DNA from: Deltaproteobacteria bacterium
Lineage (GTDB): Bacteria; Desulfobacterota; DSM-4660; Desulfatiglandales; HGW-15
Direction of reading: 5' to 3'
NCBI GenBank assembly: GCA_019307805.1
Contig: JAFDIX010000001.1
Span: 1-40,890, forward strand
Length of the DNA: 40,890 nt
Within the stretch, counting starts at the first letter, position 1. Each line of letters begins with the position of its first letter. Made by a program: the position numbers and the translations under genes. A model generated the notes under the pieces. It made no database searches, was not told the origin of the DNA, and saw only the letters and a list, made by a program, of their open reading frames with translations. Below, in pieces: positions 25,786-36,800 of this stretch.

Positions 25786-25839
25786 TCTTAATGTGTTGTC
25801 TTAAAAACAAAGGGCAATGGACTCAAGGTTTGGTAGCCG

Positions 25840-26649
25840 ATGAATGTCAGGGTCGCAGGTAAATCCCACGTTGGATTGAAACGAAGGCTGAATGAGGACA
25901 GTTATCTCATTGCTCCCGACCTGGGCGTTTACGTCATTGCGGACGGCATGGGAGGTCACAAGGCAGGGGAGGTGGCAAGCCGTATGACCGTGGACACCAT
26001 GACGGACTATTGGCGAAAGATGAGATCCAAAAGGCCCCCATCTTTCCTGGAGACCATCACGGATGATATCTCTGAAGAGGCCAAGCATCTGGTGAACTCC
26101 ATCTCCCTGACGAACGCCATCGTCCACGAGGCCCAGAAGAAGCCGGAATACCACAAAATGGGTTCCACCGTGTCTGCCTTGCTTACCGAAAAGGATCGCA
26201 TATGGTCGGCCAATGTAGGGGATAGCCCCATTTATCTTTTTGAAAGTGGTCGGCTCGTCCTAATCTCGGAGGAACATTCCGTAGAGGCGGAACAGAGGAG
26301 CATGGGCATCTCCGCGGAGTCCTTTGGATCCACGAACCCTTTGCTCAAGAATGTGCTGACCCGGGTACTGGGATTGAGTGAGAAGGTGCAGGTGTATATT
26401 ACCAGTTTGAGGCCCGAAGAAGGCGATATGGTCATGATTTGTTCCGATGGTTTGACAAACTATTTGTCGGAGAATGCCATCAAAACGGTTCTTGATGACT
26501 TCTCCGTATCCATTGAGAGGAAGGTCGACATCTTGATCGATGAGGCAAATCGGGGGGGAGGCGGGGATAATATTACGGTGATTCTCCTGGAGGTTTTGGA
26601 AGAGGGAAAATGGAATAAGTTCAAAAAGAAATTTTCCGGCAAATCCTAG
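25840..26649 (+). CDS. PP2C-family Ser/Thr protein phosphatase
   Basis: NEDSYLI, VIADGMGGHKAGEVAS, CSDGL and GGGDNITVILLEV are present. Confidence 0.9.
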   Translation: MNVRVAGKSHVGLKRRLNEDSYLIAPDLGVYVIADGMGGHKAGEVASRMTVDTMTDYWRKMRSKRPPSFLETITDDISEEAKHLVNSISLTNAIVHEAQKKPEYHKMGSTVSALLTEKDRIWSANVGDSPIYLFESGRLVLISEEHSVEAEQRSMGISAESFGSTNPLLKNVLTRVLGLSEKVQVYITSLRPEEGDMVMICSDGLTNYLSENAIKTVLDDFSVSIERKVDILIDEANRGGGGDNITVILLEVLEEGKWNKFKKKFSGKS

Positions 26650-26742
26650 GCTTTCTTGAACCGAACCCCAAATTCCCCGTCTTTTCAGCGAACAGAAACC
26701 AAATCTGCAATGCCGGCCCGGATTCTTTACTCCTACAATACC

Positions 26743-27786
26743 ATGGTTATTCTTGGAATAGACACCTCATGTGATGATACTTCCGCTGCAGTGGTTGCAG
26801 ATGGGCGGCACGCCCTGTCCAATGTCATCCATTCGCAGATCCAATTGCACCATCCCTATGGGGGAGTCGTTCCGGAACTGGCCTCCAGGGAGCATCTCAG
26901 GAATATGGTGCCCGTGGTGCAGGAGGCACTTTCTCAAGCCGGGCTCACGTTGGGTGAACTGGATGGCATCGCGGTCACCATGGGACCGGGACTCATTGGC
27001 TCGCTCCTGGTGGGGCTTTATTATGCAAAGGCCCTGTCCTATGTCCATCAGAAACCCCTGGCAGCCATAAACCACCTGGAGGGCCATATTCTGTCCATCT
27101 TTCTGGAGGAGCAAATCCCTCGCTTCCCCTTTGTTGCCCTGACCGTGTCCGGTGGACACACCACCCTCTATTACGTGAAAGGATTCGGGAACTATGAAAA
27201 ATTGGGCCAGACCCTGGATGATGCCGCAGGCGAGGCCTTTGACAAGGTGGGAAAAACCCTGGGATTGGGATACCCCGGGGGTCCTGTCATAGAAAAAATG
27301 GCCTCTTCAGGGGAGAAGGAGTGCATTCCATTTCCAAGGGCCTTACTGGCCCCGGAATCCCTGGACTTCAGCTTTAGCGGCCTCAAGACATCGGTGGCCC
27401 TGTATGTGAAAAAGTGGCAAGAGAATGGAGGGGAGACGAGCGGAGTCAGAGTGGAGGACATCGCCGCTTCCTTTCAAGAGGCGGTTATCGATGTGCTCAT
27501 CAGGAAGACCCTTGCGGCGGTGGAGAGGACCGGCGCCGGCTCTGTGGTGATTGCCGGCGGGGTTGCCTGTAACAAAGCATTGCGTGAGCGATTCAGGGAA
27601 ACCTTCTCGGAAAGATCCGAATCGTTTTTTTATCCGCGACCGGCCTACTGCACGGACAATGGCGCCATGATCGCTCTGGCCGGATACCACAGAATCATGG
27701 GTGGCGAAAGGGCTGATATGTCCGTCGATGTGAGATCACGATATCCCATAGAGGAACTGTCTCCCCTGTCAAATGACACGGTATAG
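26743..27786 (+). CDS. tsaD: tRNA N6-adenosine threonylcarbamoyltransferase TsaD
   Basis: MVILGIDTSCDDTSAAVV, HLEGH and VSGGHT are present. The ATG at 26743 reproduces the usual TsaD N-terminus, and the listed upstream extension (26656) is probably non-coding. Confidence 0.9.
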   Translation: MVILGIDTSCDDTSAAVVADGRHALSNVIHSQIQLHHPYGGVVPELASREHLRNMVPVVQEALSQAGLTLGELDGIAVTMGPGLIGSLLVGLYYAKALSYVHQKPLAAINHLEGHILSIFLEEQIPRFPFVALTVSGGHTTLYYVKGFGNYEKLGQTLDDAAGEAFDKVGKTLGLGYPGGPVIEKMASSGEKECIPFPRALLAPESLDFSFSGLKTSVALYVKKWQENGGETSGVRVEDIAASFQEAVIDVLIRKTLAAVERTGAGSVVIAGGVACNKALRERFRETFSERSESFFYPRPAYCTDNGAMIALAGYHRIMGGERADMSVDVRSRYPIEELSPLSNDTV

Positions 27787-27810
27787 ACACCATTTAGAAT
27801 AGGAAGAGAT

Positions 27811-28332
27811 TTGAGATACGACAGGCGCATTAGATATTATTATCTGCGATTTATTCGGCTCAGAGGTGAACCCCACGAACTGGCACTGGGCATGGCTTTC
27901 GGTATCTTTGCCGGAATGATGCCTATCATGCCTTTTCAGATCGCCCTGGCCGTTACCATGGCCCTTTTATTTAAGGCGAGCAAAATCACCGCAGCACTGG
28001 GAACCTGGGTGAGCAATCCCTTGAACTGGTATTTTCTGTACTATTTCACTTACAAAATAGGCGCCGCGATCCTGGGTTTTTCCGAAACAAACAAGTTTTT
28101 TCCCTCTATTCTGGAATCTGCCCGTGAAGGCGAGGGGGCACTGGTAGTTATCGGCAAGATCGCCGGGGCCGGAGGGACCATTACTGCATCCCTTCTTCTC
28201 GGGGGGATTATCATTGGGACTCTTACGGCTTTGCCCTCCTATATCATCTTTTTGAGGGTTTTCCAGTTCGTCAGGGTCTGGCGCAGGAAAAGGAGAAACA
28301 GGAAATTTGGCCAAGACCGGATCAGTGAATAG
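27811..28332 (+). CDS. DUF2062 domain-containing membrane protein
   Basis: GEPHELALGMAFGIFAGMMPIMPFQIALAVTMALLFKASKITAALGTWVSNPL is typical of DUF2062 as I recall it. AGGAAGAG precedes the TTG start. Confidence 0.7.
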   Translation: MRYDRRIRYYYLRFIRLRGEPHELALGMAFGIFAGMMPIMPFQIALAVTMALLFKASKITAALGTWVSNPLNWYFLYYFTYKIGAAILGFSETNKFFPSILESAREGEGALVVIGKIAGAGGTITASLLLGGIIIGTLTALPSYIIFLRVFQFVRVWRRKRRNRKFGQDRISE

Positions 28333-29152
28333 GGTGCATGGTTTCAGACCCAAAAAAGGCCTTGGCCAGCATTTTCTCCAGGATGATGATATGGGCCGGA
28401 AAATGGTTTCCCTGGCCGGATTCAAAGGGAGTGACCATATTCTGGAAATAGGTCCGGGCCTGGGGGCCTTGACCCTCCTTCTGGCAGGTTCTGTTCACAA
28501 AATCATCGCTGTCGAAAAGGACCCCCTGCTGGCTGCGAAACTCCAAAAGCAGCTGGATATAGAGGGCATTCACAACGTGACGTTGGTTACCGGGGATATC
28601 CTCAGGCTGGATTTCGGGGACAGGCGGTTTTTCGGAGAAAAATCAATGGGGGTGATCGGAAATTTACCCTACAATATCTCTTCCCCCATCCTTGAAAAAC
28701 TTATCCAAAACCGGGAGTCATTTCATAGGGCTGTTCTCATGTTCCAGGCAGAATTCGCAAAGAGAGTAAGTGCTTCCCCCGGCGGCAGGGAATACGGCGC
28801 CATGTCTGTTTTGATACAGTACTTCGCCCGCGTATCACCACTCCTTGAGGTGCCCAGGGAGGCTTTTTTCCCGGTTCCGAAAGTCGATTCCATGGTTCTG
28901 GAGCTGGACTTTAAAAGGCCTTACCCCCACAAAGCCCTGGACGAGGCAAGCTTTAAAAGAACCGTAAAGGGGGCCTTTTCCCATCGTAGAAAGACTCTCA
29001 TGAATTCCCTTAAAGGCTCCCTCACTGCTTTGAGTAAAGGGGAGATTCTTGAGGTTTTGGAGCGATGTTCCATTGACCCGGGAAAACGGGCAGAGACACT
29101 GAGTATCCAAGACTTTTTAAATCTGAACGAAGCCATTACATCCCTTTCTTGA
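28307..29152 (+). CDS. rsmA: 16S rRNA (adenine1518/1519-N6)-dimethyltransferase
   Basis: KKGLGQHFL, the SAM motif ILEIGPGLGALT, and GNLPYNISSPIL are present. The start is uncertain (TTG 28307, GTG 28325 or GTG 28334). Confidence 0.9.
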   Translation: MAKTGSVNRVHGFRPKKGLGQHFLQDDDMGRKMVSLAGFKGSDHILEIGPGLGALTLLLAGSVHKIIAVEKDPLLAAKLQKQLDIEGIHNVTLVTGDILRLDFGDRRFFGEKSMGVIGNLPYNISSPILEKLIQNRESFHRAVLMFQAEFAKRVSASPGGREYGAMSVLIQYFARVSPLLEVPREAFFPVPKVDSMVLELDFKRPYPHKALDEASFKRTVKGAFSHRRKTLMNSLKGSLTALSKGEILEVLERCSIDPGKRAETLSIQDFLNLNEAITSLS

Positions 29153-29200
29153 CAATCTATATCTTTGTTGTTACCTATTAAAAGTTTGAGGTCTTTACCC

Positions 29201-29241
29201 CCGGCTCCCGTTTGTCCATCGGGCGGGTTGCCGGTTTTTTT
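29201..29241 (+). terminator. Intrinsic terminator after rsmA
   Basis: The outer stem pairs CCGGC with GCCGG and the inner stem pairs CCCG with CGGG (29201-29234). It is followed by TTTTTTT (29235-29241), ~50 nt after the rsmA stop. Confidence 0.55.
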
Positions 29242-29352
29242 CATGGAAGGCCTCAGGGAAACGTTCTTTTTTCTGTGCGGGATGGGTTAGTCGATGTGGA
29301 TTCTCTCATACCCTGTCTCAGGGAGAGAGAACCGGCCCAGGGAGATTTTCCG

Positions 29353-29991
29353 ATGCATCATCATGTGGTCATTGAAGGGCCTCTCGGTGTGGGCAAAACC
29401 AGTCTGGCTATGCTGCTGGCCGAAAAATTAAACGCCCAGGTCTTTCTGGAGGATGTGGAAGAGAACCCCTTCCTGATCAAGTTCTATCAAAACCCGGAGA
29501 AGTACGCCTTCCAGACCCAGATCTTTTTCATGCTCAGGCGTTACCGGGAAGCGGTGGAAGTGGGCCAAATGGATCTTTTCCAGAGGGCGGCCGTTTCGGA
29601 CTATCTCTTTGACAAGGATAGAATCTTTGCAAGGGTCAACCTGGGGGATGACGAATTTTGGCTTTACGAGCAGCTGTTTCAAATTCTGAAAAAACGGCTT
29701 TCACCTCCGGATCTGGTCATATTCCTCCAGGCTACCACCGAGGTCTTAATGAAGAGGATTCGCAAAAGGAATAGAAAGTTTGAAAAAGCCATCAATTTCA
29801 AATACCTGGATAAAATAAACCAGGCCTTTAATGCCTTTTTCTTTCATTATTCTGAAAGCCCTTTGCTGGTTGTAAATGCGTCAAATATCGATTTTGTCCA
29901 CGTACCGGAAGATTTTGAAGATCTGGTGGAGCATATCAAACAGATGAAAATCGGGACCCAATATTATATTCCCATGAGTTCCAAGGGGTGA
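29353..29991 (+). CDS. Deoxynucleoside kinase family protein
   Basis: The P-loop is VVIEGPLGVGKTSLA. NPFLIKFYQNPEKYAFQTQIFFMLRR, SDYLFDKDRIFA and the arginine-rich lid RIRKRNRKFE follow. GGAGA lies 7 nt before the ATG at 29353. The listed upstream extension contains the rsmA terminator. Confidence 0.85.
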   Translation: MHHHVVIEGPLGVGKTSLAMLLAEKLNAQVFLEDVEENPFLIKFYQNPEKYAFQTQIFFMLRRYREAVEVGQMDLFQRAAVSDYLFDKDRIFARVNLGDDEFWLYEQLFQILKKRLSPPDLVIFLQATTEVLMKRIRKRNRKFEKAINFKYLDKINQAFNAFFFHYSESPLLVVNASNIDFVHVPEDFEDLVEHIKQMKIGTQYYIPMSSKG

Positions 29992-29994
29992 TCC

Positions 29995-30846
29995 ATGGAG
30001 ATCATCGACAACATTCATGAAATGCAAAGCAGGTCTGAGGCCCTGAAGATGGCGGGGCACAGCGTAGCCCTGGTGCCGACAATGGGTTTCTTTCATGAAG
30101 GGCATCTGGAACTGATGCGGGTTGGTAAAATCCATGCCGACGATCTCGTGGTAAGTATTTTCGTCAACCCAATGCAGTTCGGACCCTCTGAGGACTATGC
30201 GGAATATCCACGGGACATGGACAGTGATCTTGAAAAGGCGGAACGGGTGGGAACGGGTATCGTCTTTTGTCCAACAGCGGAACAAATGTACCCTGATGGA
30301 TTTCAGACGAAGATTGGCGCGGAAAAACTCAGCGGGCGTTTATGTGGTATTTCCAGGCCGGGGCACTTTGACGGCGTCCTTACGGTCGTGGCCAAACTGT
30401 TCCATATCACAAAACCCCACCTTGCCATATTTGGGCAAAAGGATTACCAGCAACTGACCATCATCAGCCGCATGGTGAAGGACCTTAATATGGATATCCG
30501 AATCGTCGGCGTTCCCGTGGTGAGAGAGCCCGATGGTATTGCCATGAGTTCGCGAAACAGTTATTTGAGCCCGGATGAGAGGAAATCCGCCCTCTGCATG
30601 AAACAATCCCTTGATCTGGCCGGTGAAATGTATGCCCGGGGAGAAAGGCGTGTTCCAGAGATGAGGGCGGCCTTGGAAAGGATTATTCTTGACCAACCTT
30701 TCACCGAGATTGATTATGTCTCCTTCTGCCACCCCACTACGTTGGAAGAGGTGGAGGTCATCGATGGAGAAACGGTGCTTGCGCTTGCCGTAATGGTTGG
30801 AAAAACACGCCTTATCGATAACTGTATTATCGCAAAAGGCCAATAA
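29995..30846 (+). CDS. panC: Pantoate--beta-alanine ligase
   Basis: VPTMGFFHEGHLELMR, FVNPMQF and FGQKDYQQ are present. Confidence 0.95.
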   Translation: MEIIDNIHEMQSRSEALKMAGHSVALVPTMGFFHEGHLELMRVGKIHADDLVVSIFVNPMQFGPSEDYAEYPRDMDSDLEKAERVGTGIVFCPTAEQMYPDGFQTKIGAEKLSGRLCGISRPGHFDGVLTVVAKLFHITKPHLAIFGQKDYQQLTIISRMVKDLNMDIRIVGVPVVREPDGIAMSSRNSYLSPDERKSALCMKQSLDLAGEMYARGERRVPEMRAALERIILDQPFTEIDYVSFCHPTTLEEVEVIDGETVLALAVMVGKTRLIDNCIIAKGQ

Positions 30847-30877
30847 CACAAAAAAACTTTAGGAAAAGGAGTACCCT

Positions 30878-32041
30878 ATGAAATCAGGTAATTTCCTCTT
30901 TACTTCTGAATCGGTTACAGAGGGCCACCCGGACAAGGTGGCTGATCAGATATCAGACCGAATACTGGACGCAATTCTTTCCCAGGATAAAAAGGGCAGG
31001 GTGGCCTGTGAAACTTTGGTGACTACGGGGATGGCCATCATCGCAGGTGAAATTACAACCAACGCCTATGTGGATATGCCCGAAGTGGTTCGCGATACCA
31101 TAAAGGATATTGGTTATAACAACTCGGCCATGGGATTCGACTGGAAAACCTGTGCTGTCATGTCGACCATTGACAAACAGTCCCCTGATATTGCCGTTGG
31201 CGTAAACGGGCAGGGCCTATACCAGGAGCAGGGTGCCGGAGACCAGGGGCTCATGTTCGGCTATGCCTGCAAAGATACCTCCGTCTTGATGCCCATTCCT
31301 ATTTTTTTGGCCCACGGTCTGACGAGACGACTCGCCCATGTCCGAAAGTCCGGGAAACTCGCCTGGCTGCGGCCTGACGGCAAGTCCCAGATCACGGTTG
31401 AATATGAGGAGGGCAAGCCCAAGCGGGTCCATACCGTTGTGATAGCGGCCCAGCACGGACCAGAGGTGGACCATGACACCCTGAGTGAAGCCATCGTCGA
31501 GGAGGTGATCAAGAAGGTCGTACCTCCGGAGATGCTTGATGACAACACCCAGTTTTTCATTAATACCACGGGAAGATTTGTAGTGGGCGGGCCCCTGGGT
31601 GACTGCGGTTTGACCGGGCGGAAGATTATCATGGATACCTATGGTGGGTTCGGATACCACGGGGGGGGCGCCTTCTCAGGGAAGGATCCTTCCAAGGTGG
31701 ACCGAAGTTCTTCCTACATGTGCCGGTATATCGTCAAAAATATTGTTGCTGCCGGGCTTGCAGAGAAATGTGAAATCCAGGTCGCCTATACCATCGGTCG
31801 TGCCGAGCCGGTTTCGGTCATGGTCGGGGCATATGGAACCGGTGTTGTTTCAAGCGCCGAATTGACGGAGATCGTCAAGAAGGAATTTGACCTTCGGCCT
31901 GCCGCCGTCATAGAGAGGCTCGATCTTTTACGCCCAGTCTTTGCCAAGACCACCAATTACGGGCATTTTGGTCGAGAGCTTCCGGAATTTGGCTGGGAAA
32001 AGACCGATATGGTCGAAACGCTCAAAAAGGCAGTGAAATAA
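30878..32041 (+). CDS. metK: S-adenosylmethionine synthase
   Basis: [32 protein letters not shown] and [16 protein letters not shown] are present. Confidence 0.97.
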   Translation: MKSGNFLFTSESVTEGHPDKVADQISDRILDAILSQDKKGRVACETLVTTGMAIIAGEITTNAYVDMPEVVRDTIKDIGYNNSAMGFDWKTCAVMSTIDKQSPDIAVGVNGQGLYQEQGAGDQGLMFGYACKDTSVLMPIPIFLAHGLTRRLAHVRKSGKLAWLRPDGKSQITVEYEEGKPKRVHTVVIAAQHGPEVDHDTLSEAIVEEVIKKVVPPEMLDDNTQFFINTTGRFVVGGPLGDCGLTGRKIIMDTYGGFGYHGGGAFSGKDPSKVDRSSSYMCRYIVKNIVAAGLAEKCEIQVAYTIGRAEPVSVMVGAYGTGVVSSAELTEIVKKEFDLRPAAVIERLDLLRPVFAKTTNYGHFGRELPEFGWEKTDMVETLKKAVK

Positions 32042-32115
32042 CAAGAAATCCGACATCAATGCGGACATCCGACAGCCCGGACTTCAAAGGGTGGGGGTTC
32101 GTACATGACATTTGA

Positions 32116-33450
<1,335 letters not shown>

Positions 33451-33552
33451 GAGCCTGTGGGGCAGGCTATGCCGGTTTCGGATGGGCTCGGCCGAAGACC
33501 TGAACCCTGTAGTGCAAGAACAATCGTATCACTTCTGGAGGTACACAACAGC

Positions 33553-33621
33553 GTCATTCCGGCGAAAGCCGGAATCCAGTATCTCCAGGCATTTCTGGAC
33601 TCCGGCTTTCGCCGGAGTGAC
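33553..33621. repeat. REP-like cruciform element (two 27-nt inverted arms, each itself a hairpin)
   Basis: GTCATTCCGGCGAAAGCCGGAATCCAG (33553-33579) matches the reverse complement of CTGGACTCCGGCTTTCGCCGGAGTGAC (33595-33621) at 25 of 27 positions. Each arm contains a 7-bp stem with a tetraloop (TTCCGGC-GAAA-GCCGGAA). T-rich sequence follows. Confidence 0.7.
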
Positions 33622-33885
33622 GAGGTGTATTTGATTTTACATCCTCAGAAAAATAGTCGATGCACTAAAACAGTGTTAACAGCACAATGATGATCCCTTA
33701 CAGGGGGCTCCGAAGTACCTGGCTTATTTTCCTTTTCATTATCATGCCCTGCCTTTCCCCGGCAGGGCTCGGGCCGGCAGGGATAGTTCAAACCCTCCCC
33801 GCCCGATGATATCCTGATTGGCACACATGATCTTTCCCTGGCAGGTTCTGCACTTCCAATTTTGCACAGAGTGACAAATACAGCC

Positions 33886-36800
33886 ATGAAATGTCCCAAA
33901 TGCAATACAGAAAATTCCGAAAACAAGAAGTTTTGTCGGGAGTGCGGATCAGGACTTCCCCTTCTCTGTACCAACTGTGGTGGCGGAATCCTGGCTAAAG
34001 ACAAATTCTGTGGCGAATGCGGGCAGGAATTGACCGGCGACGATGTCCATAAAAAGGGTGTGTCCAGGATTGAGAAGGAACGGAAAAATGTCACCGTCCT
34101 CTTCTCTGATTTGTCCGGATATACTGCCATGACGGAGAGACTGGACCCTGAGGAAGTCAATGACATCATGAGTCGTATTTTCGGGGAGATTGCGCAGGTT
34201 ATCGCCAAATACGAAGGATTCATCGAGCGATTTCTGGGGGATGCGGTCATGGTCCTTTTTGGGGTCCCAAAGGCGCATGAAGACGACCCTGTGAGGGCCA
34301 TTCGGGCGGCCAAGGAAATACATACAGTGGTGGCGGCACTCAGTCCCCAGTTCGAGGAAAAGATCGGCAGATCCCTCGCCATGCACACCGGGATTAATAC
34401 CGGGCTCGTTGTAACGGATGAGGTGAACCCGCAAAGAGGAACCCATGGGATCACCGGGGACCCCGTCAATCTCGCCTCACGGCTGGTAGACCTGGCCCAG
34501 GCGGGAGAAATACTCATAGGGGAGCGGACGTTCAAGCAGGCAGAAGGGTATTTTATTTATGAGTCCCTTGAACCCAGAAGGGTGAAGGGAAAAGTCGGAT
34601 TGGTCCATATCTACCGGGTGAGGGAAACCAGTACACGACGGACGAGATTTGATGTAAGCGCTGAAGGCGGTCTCACCCCTCTGGTTGGCAGGGGACGAGA
34701 GCTTTCCCTGCTGCTGGAGGCATTTCACCGGACCAGGGAAGGAGAAGGACAGGCCTTTTCCATTGTGTCAGAGGCGGGTGTAGGCAAGTCCAGGCTGTTG
34801 TATGAGTTCAGAAAAGCCATAGCCAAGGAAAACAGGACCTTTTTGGAAGGAAAGTGCCTTTCCTACGGCAAGGGCGCGGCATACCACCCCATCATAGATA
34901 TGTTGAAGGACAATTTTAATGTTCGTGAAGGTGACAAGGATTCCGGGATCAGAAGAAAGGTCGAGAAGCGTCTAAAAACACTGGCAGCGGATGAAGCATC
35001 CATTCTTCCCTATATCCTGGAGTTGCTGTCTGTCAAAAATAGCGGAATGGAAAAAATATCCGTGACCCCTGAAGCCCGAAAGGACCACATTATTAAAGCG
35101 CTTTCGGAAATCGCCGTTCGGGGCTCAAAAATTCGACCTCTCGTTATGGCCATCGAAGATCTCCACTGGATGGACGAAAGCTCACAGGATGCGCTCAAGG
35201 AACTGCTGGAGGCACTATCGAGGGCAAGAATACTCCTGATATTCACCTACCGGCCCGAGTTTCTACCCTCCTGGGATCTCACATCCTATCATCAGCAGGT
35301 CAGTCTCAATCGGTTTCCCAGGCATGAAAGCATTGAAATGGCAAGCCATCTTTTGGGTGGTGCAGGGCTTGACCGTAACCTGGCGGACTTCATTCTGGAG
35401 AAGACGGAGGGCATCCCGCTCTTTATCGAAGAGTTCATAAAATCCTTTAGGGATCTTGGTATCATTGAGGGAACGGACCAGTACTATCTGACAAAGGATG
35501 TCCGGGAATTGTTCATCCCTTCCACCATTCAGGATGTCATCATGGCAAGAGTGGACACCATGCCCAAAAGGACCAAAGAGGTCCTGCAGATCGGTTCTGC
35601 CATTGAGAAGGAGTTCAGTCACGAGTTGATCGCACGCGCGACAGATATTCCGGAACGGGAGCTGCGGTCCCGGTTATCCGCACTCAAGGACTCCGAACTG
35701 ATCTATGAGAGAGGGATTTACCCCCATTCCACCTATGTCTTTAAACATGCCTTGACGCGTCAGGTCGTCTACGATTCCATACTCAGGAAGAAAAAGAAGC
35801 GGCTCCATGAAAAGATCGGCCATGCCATAATGGACCTGCACGGTGACAACCTCGGTGATTTTAATGGGGTTCTGGCAGAGCATTTCATTGCGAGCGGAAA
35901 CTGTGAAAAGGGGGCGGAGTATTCGAAATTGGCGGGCAAAGGGGCTCAGCGGGAGTGCTCCTACAGCGATGCCATTGAATACTGCAGGAAGGGGATCTCC
36001 TGCCTGGAGAAGTTGCCGCTTACAGAAAAGGTCCAACGGAAAATGATTGATGCCCGAACAACGCTGGCCGGTTACTACAATACCCTGGCCCTTTATCCGG
36101 AGGCCTATGAGGCTATTGTATCGATCGCTGATATGGCTGAAAAGCTGAATTATAAAAAGAGTTTTCCAAAAATATACAATACCATCGGTTTGTACAGCCT
36201 CTGGGTTGAGGAGGACCATCCAAAGGGATATCAATACCTGAACAGGGTACTGGAATTTCCATCAGATCCTGGTAATTATTTTTTCGTTTGGATGGCAAAC
36301 TACCATATGGGTTGGCATTTGTCCTGGGATTGTGAATTTGAGAAAGGACTTGTGCATTTTAATAATTGCATCAAGATGAGCGCAGAGATAATGGACCCCG
36401 TCGGGCTGTGCTGGGCAAAGGGCACTATGAGTGCCATGAATCTGGCCCTTCAGGGCCGGATTGATCAAGCCTACACCATAAGCAATGAAGCCTTGCTTCT
36501 TTCAGAAGGGTGTGATGATATTTTCGCGCAGATCAATACCTTTACGAGCCAGGGGCTTTCCTACTATTTGAAGGGGTTGTTCAATGAAGCGGAGACCCAC
36601 CTTCTCATGGGGGAGGGCATGTGCGAAAGGTCCAGGCAACTTTCCTGGTGGGCCTGGACATCGGGGTTTCTGGGGGATTTATACTCTGATATGGGGGCCT
36701 GCAAAAAGGCTGAAGAATACTACCGGAAGGCCATTGACATTATGCGCAGGGCCCAATTGATCCCTTCATGGGTGAATACCTGGGAGATTTCAATTGCAAA

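Noticed and set aside
29212-29352. Long N-terminal extension of the deoxynucleoside kinase ORF (listed start 29212).
   Set aside because: The extension overlaps the rsmA terminator hairpin and T-run. The kinase P-loop lies right after Met48, which has a good SD.
30847-30877. SAM riboswitch before metK and SAH riboswitch before ahcY (32042-32124).
   Set aside because: The metK spacer is only 31 nt. The 83-nt ahcY spacer lacks the GC-rich pseudoknot strings of the SAH element and shows only an 8-nt direct repeat, ATCCGACA (32048-32055 and 32067-32074).
33457-33690. Listed ORFs 33457..33690, 33260..33634 and 38414..38605 as small proteins.
   Set aside because: They are translations through REP-like inverted repeats (VIPAKAGIQ.. 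and ..RRSRRRRRKPLGDAG..) and lack any SD or start context.
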